The translations under genes and the position numbers were made by a program. From the NCBI RefSeq assembly GCF_963921235.1, contig NC_086120.1, positions 25,606,001-25,670,000 of the forward strand: DNA of 64,000 nt, written 5' to 3'. This DNA comes from Mobula hypostoma (lineage: Eukaryota). Numbering within the stretch: the first letter of the stretch is position 1; every line of letters begins with the position of its first letter. This document shows, in pieces, positions 11,911 to 25,500 of this stretch. The notes below the pieces were generated by a model. It did no database searches. It was not told the origin of the DNA and saw nothing but the letters and a program-made list of their open reading frames with translations.

Positions 11911-14900
11911 CTAAAAAAAAGCAGAGATATAAAATTCAGAATGAGATAGCTGGGCAAGGGCTGAATGAGTTAAACAGGAAAGAAAAAGGAAAAATAAAGA
12001 AAAAGAATGAGAGACAAAGAAAGAGCATCTTTCACTGGCATCCAAGACAGATTATTCTCCAAGACACTGTTCCAGATACTCTGGGAGAAGAATCTTTTTA
12101 TAAACACTTATGTTTGTTATAATATTAGAGATTGGAAGTGTTTGTAGCAGTGTCAAAGCTGAGAGAAATTCTATTAGCTGGTGTAATTGTGTACTACAGG
12201 ATTAAATTTCTATCCTTTTTATTTTTCATGAAAGAAAACCTGAGATTTAATATGTAGACAATTAAGTCCGCAATTTTTACCCTTGGTCCTCTCCATATTT
12301 GACGTAACAGTACATAGAGGTTTACTCCACTTGCCTATGATTTTTTTAAATTTATGCAGTGCAGATCCTTCATGAGAGGATTGATTTATTGTCAGGTGAA
12401 AGGCATCTGGTATGTGGATTTCAGCACTGCAAACCTGCTTCAGATCCATCCGCTTAACTTTAAGATTGATTCCTTGAGTCAGCAGTACCACTGACCGTCT
12501 CAGCTTCTCATAACCTTCTAAATCCATTAGCTCTCCCAGGCTCATCCTCACGTGAACCTCCATCCCCTCAGTCACTATACCAATCCCTGCTCCAGCCTGA
12601 TGTCCATATCAGAAGTTTACCTTTGCCCTTTGCTGAAGCCACAACCCTCCCAATCCACTATTGAGTTCTCTCTTCTGCGTTGCCACTAGTGCAGAGGAAA
12701 GATTTCTCAGCTACAATAAGCATATAATGCCCATCCACCTCTCTGGCTGTTATAGACAAATGAAAAATTATGTTGGCTGCTGTAGACTACTGATTTAACA
12801 TGAATTTGCAAACACTGAAGAATTTCTATACAAATTTACTTGTGGAAAAAGTGTTTGTAACCCATAGATACAGATTATCAAGTGAAAGACCTAGAGAAGG
12901 AGAATGTCTCGTGAGCTGGAATGTGTTTTTGTAGTGATGACAAAGCAGATTTTAAAATATAAGGAAAGAATTTTCCTAGGCTCTGGGTGAAAAAAAAAGT
13001 TGAACTAATTGGGGAGTTCTTTTGAAGAACTGGGCTAAAAGTTTCTTAGTATTCTGTGACTGCTGGTCAAGATTAATCCAGTGGGTAAGAATGTATGTTT
13101 TTTAATTGGCTTTGCAGGTGTAGATGTCACAAGCACAGACACATTGGGTGGAAAATTGGGGAAGAAACTGCTAGAGGCAGGAGATCATATGATAAAACCT
13201 CCAGAGGTAAGTCTAAGCAAAGGTGCCAGGCTGCACATACGATACTGGCAACAGTGGTGGAGAATGGAGAAAGCTAAAGATGGAAGCTCAGCTAAGAGAA
13301 GCTGGTTTAAAACAGAAAACAGAGATTTTCTCACAAGTAATAATGAACACTTCAGGGATTGATCAATATACCCAAAGATTAAACGTAGTTTTGATTCAAC
13401 TGCGTAGGGCATTAACACTCAGGAAAATCAGACTGTATCAGGTTCACGAAGTACATTTTGCTGAAGAGGCCTGAACTCTTGCTATCTGATTATTCAAAAT
13501 GATCACTGACATTTTCACTGCTGTTTCACTCACCCTCCTGTGATCCAATAAAAACAGAGACTTCTTGATTCTGTGGGGAAACAACGGAAGAGTTAAAATA
13601 CTGAGACCAGGAACGAAGAGGATTTGGGATTGCGGAGTATAAGGTGGTGGGACAGGAGTAGCTGAGGGATGATTTAATCCCATCTCCCACTGAGCAGCAT
13701 GCCTGCCCTTCTGCCCTTTCACCATTCTCAGTACCCATCTGAAATATACCTGAGAGAGTCACTGCCTTGCCCTGGTCTGTGGCTTGTAGATTCAAACTCT
13801 AAAACAGAATCTCAAGGTCCAGAATGCAGAATGAAATCCTTGGTGCCAGTATGAAGTGAGCACCATAGATTTGGTTGGTGCCATGTTTCTGATGAACTGA
13901 TAGCTTGAGGCCTCCCTTAGGGAGTAATTTATGGGTGCAAATTATCCCAGTAAACTACCTTGCAGAAGAGGAGAGTTTGCCCTACTGTCCTAAATTAAAT
14001 AGTAAACCTCAAGAGATAACCTTGTCACCATCACATTGGGGAGCCTTCCTGCCCTGTTTCTGATAATACAACAGTTATTGCACTTCAAAAATGGCTGTCA
14101 ACCACTATCGGCATCCCAAGTTAGTAAATTCCCTCCAGAAATACAAGTCATTTTTGCTCAGTGTCAAAAATAAAAAAAACACAGCAGACGCTAGAATTCC
14201 AAAATGAAAACAGGGAATGCTGGAAATAGTTCTAATGAAAAGCCATCAACCTGTAATGTTATCCTCTCTGTTGCTGCTGCCTGACCTGCTGAGTGTTTCC
14301 AGCACCTTCTGTTTTCATGTTCAGCCTGCGGCCGTGTGTTGAAGTTGTGCGCAAGACTCAGCGAGTGAAATATTTACCTGGTTGCGTGTCTTGTGGGACT
14401 TCTGCAGCCACACACGCCATTGGTCATACAGTTTGATGTTGAGGGCTGTACATCCATAGGCATGCTTCTTCACCCAGCCAAAGAATTGCTTCAACTCTCG
14501 TCTCAGGTTTGAGCCACTCTCCCCACTTTTCTGGTAACAAGTATTGCTGGATCGCTCTGTCAACACACAGAGGGACCACATTATTTACCTCCAGCATTAA
14601 ATATCAGTGCTATTTCTTCATCATCATAAGCTCTGTCATATCAATATCTCTCTGTACAGTTCTTAGTCCTCTTCGTTATAGAGTGAAATTCCCTCTGCAT
14701 TATTCAATTCCACGTTCTCAGGGCAGGGTATCACAGATTAGAGTACAAATAGTTCCAGGGTGGGCCCTCGTGCAGTAGATAAAAGTATTTTTCCCTCAAC
14801 ACTGCCTGTCTTAAGTAGGTCACTCTCAAAAGTAAAGTTATGATATGTTTGTTGGTTATTTATCTGTTGAATTTGGGATCCTGTGTGCTGGGTTTTATGT

Positions 14901-17900
14901 AGAGAATTGGGCGAGAGAGAGAACGAGGCATGTCCGAGGGTTGATCTCAATAGATGGTGACACTCACCATTGCGGGGAGTAGAGGCAGCTGTGGGGATAC
15001 TCCATTCACTCCAAATCCCTGCCTTCCTGGACCCATAAATACCAACTGGATTACACCGCACCTGCACAAAGTACACGGTCCCTGGTCTCAGCCCGGCCAG
15101 TCGGCACAAGGTTTGGTTTCCAATGTCATCCACAACCTACCATGAGAAACCGGGGAAGAGAGTGTTAAATTACAAAGCTGAGTTACGCAATCTAAGCCTA
15201 CAACAGCTATTTGTGGCATTTGAAATGATCAAAGGAGTTCGTAGGCTAGAGAGAGAATCTATTTTCTCTAGTGTTCTGTGGGAGTTTAGAACAAGGTGAT
15301 ATAAAATGAGAGCCAAGCCATTCAGGGATAATGTCAGGAAGTGTGCCTTAGGGCAGTGAAGTTTGAACTCTACACAAAATGATGAGTATAATGGAAAACT
15401 TAAAATCTGTGATCTTATTTAAAGGATATTAAGATCAGAGGAACCTAAATGAGACGTTTGAGTTAAAGATGCGGATCAGTCAGTGCCTAATTAATTGTTA
15501 GAACAGGCTGGTAGGGCTGAATGGCATCTTCCTGCTATTACATACGTCAAATAAAGCTTGACATGATGAAATACACAAATAGATTTATTCATTTATTTAG
15601 AAATACAAAGAAACCGGAGCACCAGGAGGAAACCAACACTGTTATGGGGAGAATGGACAATCTCCTTACAGACAGTGGCCAAAATCAGACTCCGGTCACT
15701 GACACTGTACTAGTGTTACACTAACCACTACAGATAAATGTCAGTCTATTTTCTGTTGAGTAAAGAAAGCATGGTGTGACGTAATAGATCTTAACATTAT
15801 GAAACTGTCGACAGAGTAGATGTAGAGAAAACATTTCCTTCAATATACGAGAGTCACCAAAATTCAAAAGAACCCTTTTATCCATAGCATAATAAGAATG
15901 CAGAAATCTGTATAGTGTAAGTTCACTTAAGGAGAGATTGATGATGCATTTGAGGGAGGAGGGAACAGAGATCTATAGCTGAAGGATTTAGATGAGAGGT
16001 GGAGCATAAATGGCAATTGGCCTGTTTGCTTGTCATAATTCTTATATAATCCAGTGCAATCTAATGATCCTTCTAATGGCCCAGGATTTCCATGATCACT
16101 CACATCGGTACCTCTCCTCCCTAAATGCTCAAAGTTAACCCTACTCAATACGGATATTTAAAAGGTGTCTATTCTTAATGCAAGCATGAGTTGTAAAAGG
16201 ATATTGGATCACAACAGGCATCACTGTTCCATTTTGACTTCATCTATTTACCCTGCACGAGCACAGGTACATACACACATACAAATGTAAAAAGGAACAT
16301 ACATACAGAAAGATTTACTGAGATTTGCATATAAATGTCCTGAACCAGTAGAAGACGAATCAAAACAATGCAGATTTTGAAGTCTGTCTATTTGGCCACT
16401 ATCTCCCACTGATACCCTCAGCAACTCACTAACAGAACTGGAAAACAGGAGGGCGCGTGGTACAAGTAATTAAAATCATGAAACATGATGAAAATGATGA
16501 AGGTGTTTGCGAGTAAATATTTTCTGGTGTGCACAGCACAGGAAGTGGGATTTTAAAACACCGGAATTAGGAAATGTGACAAGATATGAAGGGGTGCTGG
16601 GTTGGCATGGTACTGCTAATGAAGGGAAAGATTAACAGGATAGGTTAAGAAAGCAGAAACCTTCAGGGATTTCCAGAAAGAACAACAAAGCAAATGGGAA
16701 TAGGGGCTTTTTGAGATGCAGATGGGTGGGGGACATGGGATGAAGAATCTCTCACATTTATTCAAAAGACTTACTTGGGTGAAGAATGTAAGAAGTAAGA
16801 GTAGGAGCCAGACATAAAACCATTCATATCTGATCCACCATTCAATGATATCATGGTTGATTCTCTACCTCATTCCCACTGTTACAGCCTGGGGCTCCAC
16901 AGTTTGGAGTGCAATTCCGGTGCCATTCTATAAGGATTCTCTGTATGTCCTCCCCATGGAATGCGTAGGGTTTCTCCGGTTTCCTCCCACAGTCCAAAGA
17001 CAGTGGGTAGGTTAATTGGTCATTGTAAATTGTCCCATGATTAGCTTAGGGTTAATTAGGTTTGTCAGGGGTTGCTGGGGCAGCGGGGCTCAAAGGGCCA
17101 GAGGGGTCTACACCATGGCTTATTGCTAAATAAATATATATTTAAAACTCTGCCTGTCTGGAAATCTGTCTCCTGGTTTTAGCTTCTCTGTCCTTGAGAA
17201 ACTTTTGCTCAAGAATAATAATTATTATTAATAAATACTGTAATAATGAGCTTAAAATAAATGGAGGGATAAAAGCTTTTATCAAGGGAGGGCAGTTAAC
17301 CAATCGTTATTAATACCAGGACTAGACGAGTACACACACAGATCCCCCTGTGAGCTGTTTCCTGTGGCTAGAGTAGGTGAAGGATATTTACAGGTGGAAA
17401 GCACATTGAAGATAAGATTAGCATCTCGTCCACAGTTCGGATAGTCCAAATCACCTCTGTAGCTGAGACTGTAAATGAGCAAGAGAAGGTATGAAACGTG
17501 GCAATTACCTTCCAGTCAGTGCTGTCCTCCACACGATAACGGATCTGGTATTTGGCTTGAAAGAGGAAGTCCTTCAGGGCCGGCGGGGAGCTCCAACAGA
17601 CGCTGAGCTGATCCTCAAGATCACCAACACGATTCACCTGAACGTCGGACGGGGCATCAGTGGTGACTAATGAAAAAGTAAAGGGTCAAGTGGAAATATT
17701 AGTGTTGTATACAACTTCTGTGGGCACGTGGCCAAGTGGTTACGGCATTGGACTAGCAACCTGAAGGTCGTGAGTTTGAGCCCCAGCCGAGGGAACGTGT
17801 TGTGTCCTTGAGCAAGGCACTTAATGACACATTGCTCTGCGATGACACTGGTGCCAAGCTGTATGGGTCCTAATGCCCTTCCCTTGGACAACATTGGTGT

Positions 17901-19491
17901 CGTGGAGAGGGGAGACTTGCAGCATGGGCAACTGCTGGTCTTCCATACAACCTTGCCCAGGCCTGCACCCTGGAGAGTGAAGACTTTCCAGGTGCAGATC
18001 CATGGTCTCGCAAGACTAGCGGATGCCTTTACTTTACTTTTTTACTTTATTCACCTTCAGTGGGAGTGTGTATGCGTGACAGGACAGCATCCTAACATTG
18101 ACAACATGTGTGAAACAACACTGCCCGAAGATGAAACAGCCCTAATCTGGCTGTAGTCTTGTGTTAAAGCCAGGCCTGATTTGTGTTACATCTCACACAG
18201 AAGGGGGCTCTTTGAAGCATGACCAGCTCCCAACAGAGCGGTCTTATCAGTCCCTTTCCCTGGGGAAGCTACAGTTGCTGGATTCTGGAGCAAAAGATCA
18301 ACTGTTGGAGGGAAAGGAATGCCTGACATTTCAGCCCAAGACCTGCAACATCAACCATCCCTTTGCTTCCGCAGATGCTGCTTGACCCACTGAGTTCTTC
18401 CAGTAATTTATCTTTTAGTCCCAACCCCCTTCTTACTTCCCTACAACTCAGTCCCACTCCCAAGACCATCAGCTTGATTCCTTTGCCACGTAATAACATT
18501 GGGACTAATTTAAGTAGCCATATTTAGGATATTCAAGGGAACTGAAGCACACTCCTGGGAAACCCATGCAATGATAGGAAATGTACAAGTTCCACACAGG
18601 TGGCACCTGAGACCAGGATTGAACTGTGCTTCCTACCTGCTGTACCCTGGTATCACTTTTGTTTTGACATTTAGGTTGGACTTCTGGCGACAGAATGTAA
18701 CCACGTCAACACCCAGATAAAACACTCACCCACATCCAGAATGTCCAGAGAGATGATGTCTGAAGCTGCTGAGCCCAATTTGTTTGAAGCCTCGACCCAG
18801 ATTTCATACGGGGTGAAGAGAGCCAGATCCTTGGGGATGTAGCAGGAGTTTGGTCCGGCTGTGCCCATTTCCTGGCACTGGTTCTCTTTGCCATACCACC
18901 TGAGCAAAGCAATGGTGAATTGCTGGCATCTTTATCCTCTGCATTGTAGAACATTATCTTTTAAGTCTGTGATGGTCTTAAGCAAATGGAATCGAGTCTG
19001 CGGTTATGCTACATCTCTGCCTTGACCTCTTTCTCAAGGCTGTTAGATGCTGATACTTTTATAATCCAAAGGCTCTTTGGAATTTAAGAATGAGGCATAA
19101 AATTGTTGCTTACAGCCATTGTAAAAAATGTTGAAAAATGAACAAGAGGGGGTTGAGAGAACAAAGAAAAGACGAAGGAAAAAGCAGTCGTAGTTGTCTC
19201 GTACTCAGGCTAGAGATAACAAAAATGACAGCGATAATGAATTAACCTGTCAAATAGCCAGATTCAAGTAGCGAGACACCTTCTCCTGAAAACTAAGAAG
19301 TTTCTCAGAAAATAAAGAAACATCCATACTGTAATTACTGGAAAATTCACTAAGCAATTACATGAAAATAGGTGATTATATAAAAATGCAAGCAAGCATT
19401 GGAACGTTAAACAAGAAAGTATCTACTTCACTTGCCCCATCACTGAACTGTTGTCAGAATCTATGGAGGTCACTTTCAAGGACTCTTCACC

Positions 19492-19533
<42 letters not shown>

Positions 19534-22500
19534 GGATACTATATATATAGTAGCTATTTATTTATTTATTTATTTATTTTCTCCTTTTGTATTTGCACCG
19601 TTTGTTGTCTTCTGTATGCTGGTTATCCGTCCTGTTGGCTGTGGTCTTGTATTTACTGTGAATTCCCGCAAGAAAATTAATCTCATGGCTGTATATGGCA
19701 ACATATATGTACTTTGATAAAAAGTTTTCTTTGAACATTGAACTTTGAAATAACAATTCTATGTCCAAATCCAAGAAGTCCTATCCTGTAGAATTGTCCT
19801 ATTCGAAGGGTCTGGGTTATTCCACTTCGCTGCTCTCCCTTCTTGTCCTGATTTTCAACGAGCTGGAAATGTTTCCATCTATCTGTCATACCAAATACTT
19901 CTAAAAGTAAACAGTAAACAGTTATATCCATATAATGTAGCTGCATTTATTTAATATATCAGCAGAGTTTAGTGCTTGGATTGCTGTTTTCTGTCTGTCA
20001 GCTCTGTATTGCACTGTTTCCACATCTCTAGGGAGCTACTTAAACTCTCGAGCTTCTGACTTAGTGCTGAGAGTACAGCTACAGCTGCATCTTGAGATCT
20101 CTAAAGTTGCAGCAGCACTGTAGTTAAGTTGCTTATCTAGTAATTCCTTCACAGCAACTGGGAATATAAATTGATTTAGTTCAAGTAATCTGAAATATAA
20201 AGCTAGTGTCAGTAATAGTGACTGTGAAATTGCCAGATTGTTATAAAATCCCCTTGGTTCGTTAATATCCCTGAAGGAAAGAAATCTGCCACTTGTACCA
20301 GTTTGGCCTGAACATAATATCATACTCACAGTAATGTGATGTTGCCTAACTGCCTCTGAAATGGCCTCGCAAGCCGTCCAGTTCAAGGACAATTATGGAT
20401 GTACAATAGGCGACAGCCTTGCCAAAGACACACATGTCTGATAAATGAATATGAAAAATACACAAAATCAAGCATCCTAATTCTGGGCAGCAATATATTG
20501 ACTTACCGTAACTTGTATCTTAGTGTGTACTTTGTACGAAGAAAGGTTTCTCCCCGACTCCCTGGGCTCCATTTACAGGTGAGATCCTTGGTGTTCTTGG
20601 ACCAGCAGGTGATGTTGGTAGGTTTCTCGGGGGGAACTGTACAAGGAAGAGAAACCAGTCAGACACTGAGTACCACATAGAGTTGTTACTCTGCTGCATC
20701 TTCACTAGATTCCTGTTTCTGACAGCAGTCCTACAGTTCTTGAAGTTGCCAGACTGGCACTGTCCATTGTGAAGCAGGACGAGTGAGTCATCTGCCTGAG
20801 GGTTTGACTCAACTTGTTTCAGGATACAGTATAAGAAATAGAGCCAAGAGGAAGGCAAAAAAACTCCTCGTGCACAGTTGCACACTTTCACAACTAGGTG
20901 TGAATGCACTTACATTTGTTTTCTGCGCATCTCATTAAATCATATTGCTGATAGGCACAAAAGAGGCCCATCGTCTTTCACAGCCCATAGCAAATCAATC
21001 CCATCAGCTCTGTCCCCCATATAATTCCACATAGCCCCACACTTTATTCTCTCACATGGTCCACTACAGTTCTTTTATGAGGTACTGGTTGATTCTATTT
21101 GCATGAGACTTACAGAGTATGAGCTCCACATTCTAACGATGCTAATTTCTCTTGTATCATTTATCCAAAATTTTGAATTCTCGTTCTCGGTCACTGCCCA
21201 TCACTTACAGTAACAACTTCCCAATAGTTACTTCATCTAAACCAGTCACAATCTTGTCCGCTTCAATCAAGCGCCCCATCAACTTTCTTTTCTCCAAGGA
21301 GAACACCCCTGACTCTCTGATTTAATCTTATAAGTGAAACTTCTGGCCTTCAAATCCACATTCTTTCCGGGACGATCACATTTTGCATTAGGTGTGGAAC
21401 AAGAATTCAAAACAATACACAGCCCTTCTCTGTTTTTGTACAGTAAGCCTCTGTTGATGAATCCCAGGATCCCACATGCTTTACTAACCACATTCTTAAG
21501 ATCTCCTTTATGGAGGTGCCATTGGGAGAAACTTACGACCAACATAGAGGCAGGACCCGGCCAGAATTCTCCCGTCTGCTCGGTGACACACCAGATTGTC
21601 ACCAGACTGTTGCTGTGAACCATTCAGTCCCTTCATGGTCACCATCAGCGCAGTGTTGTTCACCACAGTGTAGAGTTCAGAGCGAAGCTTCTGGCCATTC
21701 AGTGTCCAGTAGAGATCCCGTGAGTCGACATTTGCCTCCGGGCTTACAGTGCAAGTGGCAGTCAGTGAAGAGCCAATGGTCAGAATTGGATCTTGGGGAG
21801 AAACTTCCCCAAGTGCTAAAAGGGAATGGAGCAGAAACAGTGCCTTAAAGCCTCTTCAACAGGGAGAAACCTGAACCCCAACTTTTCCATCCTAACTCTC
21901 CTCCTTCCTTTATTTAAAGTACGAATGTATTTTACAGTTCACCAATGGAAAGCAATCTTTGTATTTCCAGTGTGCTTTATACAACCTCAGTATATCACAA
22001 GGTGCTTTACTGCTGATCAAGTTCTCTCAAAGAGTTGTAGGCATCCATTTACACAGAGCCAGTGGTGAGTTCCTAGTGATCTGGTGCAGGTTGAGGGACA
22101 AATATTGGCTTCTGTTCCCTCTCTTCAAATGATGATCGTGGTATTTTAAAACTTCTGAAAGGAAGACAGAGACAGTAGAGGCACTTGTAAAATTCTACAG
22201 TAGAAATATTGGCCTGGAATTTCGCACTCAACTCTGCTGAGTAGAAGATCAAACCGTATTGTTATGACACAGTAATGTGGACTACAATCTGAGCCACATC
22301 TGATATTAGTACAGCTTGCTTACATTCCCTTTGTGGGTCTAGGCAGTGTGCTGGAGTACATGCGTACAGACCGTATATGCAGTGCAATGCAGCCAGAGGA
22401 GGATTATGACATCCCTTGTGCTCACTGAATAGCACTGGCTCTTGGTTCTGCTTCTAATTCTCACCCTTGCTTTCAAATCCATCACTACTCCATAACATAG

Positions 22501-25500
22501 GATTCTGTGCTGTTCTCTCACACATGCACACTCAGTGGCTAGAGTCATGGAAAATCCCCGTGGAATGTTGGCTCAAGGAAATCTCGTCACAAAGTAGAGG
22601 GAGAGATTGTCGACTCAGACCATGAGAGGCCTGCGTCGGGTATTTCATGCCTTACAAGGCACAGATTGGAAGTCTGTGTGGGGGCGCCACTCCTCACACA
22701 GACACTAGGGCAATGTGTGGTTAAGTGCCTTGCTCAAGGACACAAACACGCTGCCACAGTTGAGGCTCGAACTAGCAACCTTCAGATCACTAGACGAATG
22801 CCTTAACCACTTGGCCACGTGCCCAACACGAAGTAGATGGAATGATATTGCTTGCACTGAATTGCTGACTTGAATGTTTTGTACCTTATGCATTTGCAAT
22901 TTTTATGAATAAAGTATATTTTTATTTTAAAAATCTGTGACCTTTCCCAGCTCTACAACTCAATGGGTTCTGTGTTCCCATTAACTCTGGCTTCCCGCAC
23001 ATGTCCAGTTTGCAAGCTTCTGTCACTGCAGTAAACAATCCCATTCTGGATTGCCCAGCAAACATAATCAAGACATATTATTGCTGCACCACTAAGGTAT
23101 TGGGTCTTTTTGATGGGATGAGAAGATTTACTCTGTATCTAATCTACATTATACCCGCCCTCAGAATGTGTGATGGGATTCAGAATCAAGTTTATTATCA
23201 CTGACATAAGTCCTGAAACGTGTTGTTTTGCAGGAACAATAGAGTGCAATACTACAAGTTGCAGAGAGAGATATATAAAAATAAATAGTGTAAAAAGAGA
23301 GCAAACTAATGAGGCACTGTGCATGGGTTCCTGGACCGTTCAGAAATCTGATGACAGAGGGGAAGAAACTGTTCCTAAAATGCTGAGTGTGCATCTTCAG
23401 GCTCCTGTAGGTCCTCCCAGATGATGGTAATGAGAAGAGGGGATGTCCTGGAAGGTGAGAGTAAATGGGGCTTTCCTTTTCTGACTGTGCTAAGATTACA
23501 TAGTGTCTAATCCCTGCTAGAAGAGTTATGGAAAAGGGTAAATAAAAGGATCTTTACTCTGTATGCTACTGCCTTCTACCATCCATTAGGGATGTGGTTC
23601 CACTTAAACACTTATTCTGACCCCTTTGTATTGATTAATTGTTGATGAGCCATTAACTAAGAAGAGCTAAATTTGTGCTGCCCTAGAGAGTCCTCTCAAA
23701 AGAAAAGTTCACAGCAAGTCTCTGGAAAACAGGGACTACTTCCCATATCTCAGGAGGCACCTGTCAGCGAAAATACACATCTCTGATACAATTTACCACT
23801 AATGAACCAGCACAGCTAATGATCAACTAAAGCAAAGAGTGTTTGAAAAGTCAAAACCTCAACCCAGCAAAAAAAAATTATGACCTACCCAGCAGCAGTG
23901 ATTCCTACCTTCTTAAAGTTTTTGAGGCTTGGACTACTTGTGGCAAGCATCTCAAGGTACTTGACAAATGCTACCAACAACATCTGTGCAAAATATTGAA
24001 ATTCATTCCAAATCCAGTGGATTAGGTATTGAGACCTTACCTGCATTCAGTCAGTTTGGTTGACAGATACCATTGTTCACATATCTGACACCAGACTCCC
24101 AAAGCAGATATAATTCTGAGTTCATTCACAGTAGAGATTAGCAGGTGGGCAGAGGAAAAGATTCAAGGATATTATCAAAGCCTGCAGCATTGCCATCTGG
24201 CTCCTGGGTACCCCTGGCCAATGAATACCTATAGGGAAGGATCATTTGGAATGGCACAAGACCATCGAATCCATGTATTGGGAACACACAGAAGGCCAAC
24301 CTGGCCTCATCCTCACCCACAGAGTCACCCTGTCCTCCCAACATCCCAAAGCCTTTTCACAGCTTTACACGCACGTGGCAGGAAGGTGACAAGGCACTCC
24401 GCTCACCGGGGTGAGTGCAGACTTCAAAAACCTTTTCTCCCTGAGCTGGATTCTCTCCCTCTTACCGATCAGTTTGCGGTTTTGGTTTCAGAGACTGAGT
24501 CTTATCACAGCAAGGTGAGTCAGGTTCCCAGCACATTCCAACCTGTTTGAGGGCAGGTCAGCACGGATCTTCACTTAGCCCTGAAGAAAGAACTAATCAA
24601 AGACAACAGGAGTCCTCACAGCCATCAACAGTCTAAGCCAGAGAACAAGGTGTGTGCAAGGCCTCAGGGCCTGTACTAAACCCCCCTTTCATCACTTTCT
24701 TTCTTTGGACAGTTGTCTAATTTATTTTCTCGCCTAACCACATTCTTCTTTACTTTCTGTCAGATTTATTTACTTCAACTCCTCTTTTCTTCATTCCCTA
24801 TGTTTTTCTCGCTTGCCCTTTTCACTTTTCCCCTTTCATGAATTCAGCCACCCACTAATCGCACAAAGGAAAAGAAGTAGTTTGAATGTCGTCTGAAACC
24901 CAGATTGGCTGAGATCCCAGCTGCAGGGGCTAGAGGGTGAAATTTAATACACATTACAAATTCCACAGACATCTATTCGTAATTTAAGTTGTAAATGGAT
25001 TGAAGAAATTATTTGAAAGAAAGTACTCCCAAGAAATTATAAGGGTCACACTGGTTCTTCTGGTCCTAATTTTGCCCATGATTAACCCTTCACACTGCCC
25101 CCTATTGGATTCAGTGATTTAGCGCTGCCAATGGGTGTGTTTTCTGTAGCAAGTAACCTGGCTCTTGACTGAAACAAAGTTTTAACACCATCGACAAACA
25201 TAAGTCAGAAATACAATAGAATACTCTTCACCTAGACGAATGTAGTCTAGCCATACTCCAATCTCATCCAGGACAAAGCAGTCCACTTGCTCAACACCCC
25301 AAGCAGTATCTGAGCAAATATCCCCTCCACCAATGGCACCATTCTGACCATTTACAACTTCTCACCAAGTCTCTGTCAACAACCTCCCAAACCCAAAACC
25401 TTGCTGTTTGGGCACATGGGAATACCACCCCTGCAAGTTCCTCACCAAGTTGCAGATTACCCTGATTTTAAAATATCTCGATGCTCCTTCACAGTCATTG

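Noticed and set aside
13081-13474. Lys/Glu-rich ORFs in CRLF1 intron 8 (possible nested gene or L1/Tx1 ORF1 relic)
   Set aside because: Short and frame-broken, with no motif I can identify. It needs a tBLASTx or Dfam search before any call.
17720-17795. Possible tRNA gene (also 22750-22826)
   Set aside because: tRNA-like A/B boxes run directly into SINE bodies with tails or TSDs, and there is no complete cloverleaf. These are SINE heads.
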